DNA of 64,000 nt from Eledone cirrhosa (taxonomy: Eukaryota), in assembly GCA_964016885.1 (NCBI GenBank), contig OZ024755.1:8680001-8744000 (forward strand), written 5' to 3'. The notes beneath the pieces were generated by a model. That model saw only the letters and a list, made by a program, of their open reading frames with translations, had not been told where the DNA came from and searched no databases. How positions within the stretch are numbered: the first letter of the stretch is position 1; the number at the start of each line of letters is the position of its first letter. Shown here one piece after another: positions 58,833 to 64,000 of this stretch. Position numbers and translations under genes: made by a program.

Positions 58833-58896
<64 letters not shown>

Positions 58897-59007
58897 GAAT
58901 GTATGCCAGTGTGTGTGCATGTAAATGTTGCTCTGTGTATCATTAAGTTATAAGCATGTATGTATATATGCATGTATATATGAAAATATGTATGTATGCA
59001 TGTGTGA

Positions 59008-59087
<80 letters not shown>

Positions 59088-61399
59088 TATGTATCCATAT
59101 GTGTGTGCACTGTATGTATGTAAACTATATTATATATAGCTGCTTGTATGTAGATGTGTGTACGAAAATAAGCCGATATTTGTTTTTGTTATAAACACTA
59201 TATCAAAATACCTATTGCATTGACTGTGTAATTGAATGAGTGTGTGAGACGATGTAGTGTGGGTGTGTATATATGGGCATAACACATATATATATATATG
59301 TGCATAACACATATTTGTGTGTGGTAGCTGTGGTAAAAAAGGTGCAAATGTGGATATGCGTGTGTGTGCGTATGTGCGCTCTAACAGGGAGCATATGTAT
59401 GTGTGTGTGAAAAGTGCCTATGTGTTTATGTTTATGAATAATCTATGAGTGCTGTTGTGTACAAGAAAAGTGCACATGTATTCGTGTATGTGCGTATAAT
59501 ATGCAGCTGTGTATGGTTAGATAAATAAACATTTACAGAAACAGGAGGAAGTTTTTTTTAAACAACGAAATTATAATGAATAAAGATTGATGTCTCATAT
59601 AAGGATAAGGTTCCGGATTTATAACACGAGAATATGAGAATGAGTAACATTAAAACCTTTATCGGTTGTGTCTGTCTTACAAAGAGAACACATTTATTGC
59701 AGCTAAAGCCAAAAACGGATTACAGCACTCAACTCTCCAGCACTCTTGATACACCATCTTATTCCTACAATATAAGCTAATGCAGGTAATGGTTAATCCA
59801 GCTCTAAATCATACACATTATAAACATGGACACTTTGCATAACGTGATGCAAAATACACTGTATCGGAAGCAAAAGTGGGTTGGTCAAGTTTAGAGGGTA
59901 TTTTGATCATATACATCCATGATTAGAATTCGACTGAGAATAATCGAATAAAGCATTCCTGGCCGCCATCCATGGTACACTTACCAAGATAAAATCAATG
60001 CGATTCTCTTCTCTTCCTACTTACATAGAGAACTGAGAGCTTTCATAGCCGAACAAATAACTCAGTAGTTTTATAGTGCAGCATCCGCTCAAAATTATAT
60101 CCAGCAGAATAGATGAAGGTCATTGAGAAATATGTGTATTTATTACGGACAACATTCAGGATTTGATACACAGTCCATAATACCAACTATTCCGTTTGAT
60201 CATCTGGCTTGTATCCTCAAATCTAAATCATGAAAAATGTCTAATTGCTATTTCTTTCGAGATATTAGAGAAGTATGTTTTGTGTTTGTTACTAAATGCA
60301 TATGTATGTGTATGTCTTTGAGAGAATGAGAAAGAGAAAGGAGGAATTATCTGTGTGAGTGTGTATGTACAAGTATGCATTCATTTATGTATAAATATAT
60401 AAATGTATGCTTGATTGTTTTTTTTTTCCTCCGAAATCCACGCTTTCAAAGAATAGCCCTTTATACAAGAAATCCCTTCGAAATACAGCTGAAAAGAAAT
60501 TATATATTGTATATATGTATGTCGAATACGTTGCTTCTTATATTTTGCAAAAGTTAGACACAGGTATTTTGATACTTTAATAAATATACACCCGCGTGGG
60601 ATTGCAAAAATATATACTTATTGAAGTGTATAAAAAATAACTGATGTATATATATATATATATATATATATGGGTGCTATCCACTAAATATTTCAAATTG
60701 TACGGTCTACCATATCATAAGACAAATGAGTTCAAATACTCCTTATTTCAAAAGAATACCGTCATTATGTTGCTAATAAGGTTAATATCACTGCCCTGAT
60801 TAGAAAAGATAATTCTATTTCGCATATGTTTATTTTATAGTTCTTCACGGTGACTGATTTTATTTCTTATCACTAGTGAAGCTTCTATAAATGTGTTCTG
60901 CAAATTCGACCCTCTTTATGACAGCCGTTGAATAATTATTTAATATCCTGACAACCCAGCTGAGCTGCTGGCATTACTATATTTGTGGGGTCTTCAAATC
61001 CTTGCTTCAGTGCTCTGAGCATTGACCTCCGCAGTAATCCTAGAGCCAAATATTTTAATAATCTCAAGAGAGCTGACAATGTCTTAACATTGCTCTCGGC
61101 ACTGTTTACTGCAGACAATTACAGTGTACTATCAATCTTCCATTTGTCATAATTATGAATAATTAAAGACTAAACATATCTTTTAAAATAACACACAAAA
61201 TCAATTTAGAGATCCTTATTTTTAAGTCATTATGATAAAGAAAATATTATTAATAACTGGAATGTCAATTAATAGAAGTTGTTATCTACTCATAGTTATT
61301 TTAGCCTCTCCTTTACGGACCACTAGAAATAGTTGAGGGAGGATGATTTGAAAGACATTCAGTTTGAAATCAAGCAGCTTAGTTTACGAAGAAAGTAGG

Positions 61400-62150
61400 A
61401 TGAAGAACGAAACCTTCAGTAAAAGAAAAACTTAATGAATAGTAGGAGTGATTTACACACAGATTATGTTCGTTAGAACATGTTTTCAAACAGTCTAATA
61501 GGTGGTGCTACAGCAGAAAATTTGCAGTGGAAGAAAGATGGTTTTAATGATTGCGGCAACAGTTCAACAGACAGAGGTAAGATGTAAAAACAAAAGAAAA
61601 CATTTTAAAGAAAGATTTGTTTTATCTAAAATGGTAAGATTCATAAAGAAAGCTTGCATAAAAAAGATGCATGCATTAGTTTAGAAATAAACTCTAGCCA
61701 ATATGGATAAGAATTTTAAGACGAGTATCACTGAAATAAGATAAGAAATATTACATGATCACTGAGAAGAATCGTATCAAGAGTTCACTCAAACACTACT
61801 GCTGCATGATGTTACTAGATATTCTAGTTTAATTGTGTGGTTTCAGAAGACTCCATTCTGTTTCAATCATTCGAACTCGGTATCTGGAATAAGGATATAT
61901 TCCTATCTCACTCCCAACAGTTGCTAGCGAACTGAAAATGGACTGACTCTTTTCTCCCTGTCAAAATCGTTAACACATATAAAAAGTGATGTTAAAACGT
62001 CACTCGAGATCGATATTTTGTCTGGAATGAAATATCAAACATATATATATACATGTAAACACATCTGAGATCTTTCAGTGGCGCAATATAGCATTAAAAT
62101 ATAATATTATATTACCTTGATAAAGAATAACTGAAAAATTTATTTTGGTT
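61400..62150 (+). mobile_element. Possible decayed mariner-type transposase remnant
   Basis: LLLHDVTR at 61796-61819 resembles the LLHDNAR catalytic motif, and upstream sequence resembles the W...F..GR helix-turn-helix end. Many stops and frameshifts. Confidence 0.3.
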
Positions 62151-62791
62151 TTAGCGATGAGTGTTATATTTCATAACATTCAATTTATGCCTGAAGTAGG
62201 TGTGTTAAATATGGGATTGCTAGAAAATCCTAGAAAGATTAAGCTAACCATTTCAGAAAGATCGACAACGTTTTAAGTACAGTTCAGTATATCCATAAGG
62301 AATATTGATGCAGAATACTGCATCTGTAAGCAGATATATGAAGTTGTATATACTGCATGTAGTATACATGAGCCCTGAACACTTGATCGGTTCACAAGTG
62401 CACAGTAGTTATATGCTGCATGTCATCGTCATTTAAATCCGATGGAGCACACACAGGTCTATGCAGAAGTATGAGAGTAGATAGAATATCAGATACACAT
62501 TTTGTTTTTATATAGTATAAGTTGGAGAGGTCAGCTGGACTAGACTTAACCTAAGGTAAACAAAACTCAGATGAGTATTTGGCAACAGAACAAGAAAAAA
62601 AACTGTTATTATATCATATAATATAGTTCATATATAGATGTATATATATATATATTGACATTCATATAGAATGGCTTTATTAATAGAATATCAGATATTA
62701 AGCTGTAGTACTACAGAAACTTTGTAAGTTACGATGTAAATAATATAACTAACCATCATGGAAGACCGCACAACAGACACACACAGCACCC

Positions 62792-62825
<34 letters not shown>

Positions 62826-63921
62826 AAATAATATACATCTTTAGCCCTCCCTTGGTATTAGGTGTACTGTCTATATTTATAGGTATGAAATCATTCCTGT
62901 AAATGCATATATAGTCGTAATATATATGTGTTTATGTGTGTGCATCGTATCTATTTTCATGTGATCATTGGTCATCGTACGTTCTACATGTAAGCTCACA
63001 CATACCTGTTTATATACACATATGTGTAAGCTTGTATGTATACATTTAAATATGGAAACCCATGTGTATGTTTAATATTAAATAAACATACATAAAACCT
63101 ATATATTTTCAAATATACACCATGTATATTTGTGTATATTTTTGTACGTATATATGCTATTGTACATGCCTACATTTGAAAGTATATTAACATGTGTTTG
63201 AGCGTGTATGTATTTATATTATGTGCATGTACATTTAGATAACAATATGACTGATGTCTTTATGTATATGAGCATAGTAATGCATATATATATGAGTTTA
63301 TATAGTGATATACAGATAAATTTATATATAAATATATATTATATATACATACACACATATATATAGATAGATAGATAGATATATTGTGTGCGCATGTGTT
63401 TACATATATGTATATATACATATATACATACATATATAAATATACATGCTTACATTTATATATATATATATATATATATTTATATTTATTTATATATTCT
63501 TGTGTATACATTTACTTTTATATCTCAATTTTACTATATAAGCCATAAATATTCGATACATACGCATATACACATATATATTAATATATCAAAATAAGAC
63601 ACACTTGTATGTACATACGTAAATCGGCTGGCATTTTTTTTTATTTTTTATTAAATGTAGTTCATTTCGTATATACATACAGACACGAACGCACATTCAT
63701 GCGCACTCTCACAGACACGTAAATATAGACAAAAAATAATAACCACCATCATTATTCGATCGAATACACCAATAATTCACCAGCCATGATAAGATAACTG
63801 TGTATGTGTGTTCTAAGTAATCAACTGTGTCTTTATTCGAAACCAATCAAAATCGTTTATGTTTGCTTGGCTTTATCGATTTATTATTTGTTGTATATAT
63901 ATATATATGTGTGTATGTATG

Positions 63922-63975
<54 letters not shown>

Positions 63976-64000
63976 CAAATCTTTACGAAACATTTGTCAT

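Overview
AT-rich eukaryotic genomic DNA, very rich in (TA)n, (CA)n, (GA)n and trinucleotide microsatellites. The repeat landscape and tRNA-derived SINE family suggest an octopus or other coleoid cephalopod; this is an inference from recalled repeat families, not a database result. Almost all ORFs in the supplied track are microsatellite artefacts (YI/VC/ER/HHH repeats). One convincing protein-coding ORF is present (46833-47258, +, 141 aa, product not recognised). It lies in a spliced terminal exon, with a candidate upstream exon about 41 kb away at 5848-5913. The rest is intron or intergenic DNA with more than 10 copies of one SINE family, two R4/Dong-like non-LTR retrotransposon fragments, probable decayed APE-LINE and mariner remnants, and several minisatellites. 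The most notable signal is a set of short elements next to (TA)n tracts carrying minimal type I hammerhead ribozyme motifs of the Penelope/retrozyme kind. Two of them sit inside near-perfect 350-415 bp palindromes, so each strand encodes a hammerhead together with its own antisense. Several other long foldbacks are present, including a palindrome of two SINE halves and an inverted repeat whose arm mismatches are almost all C-C/G-G.
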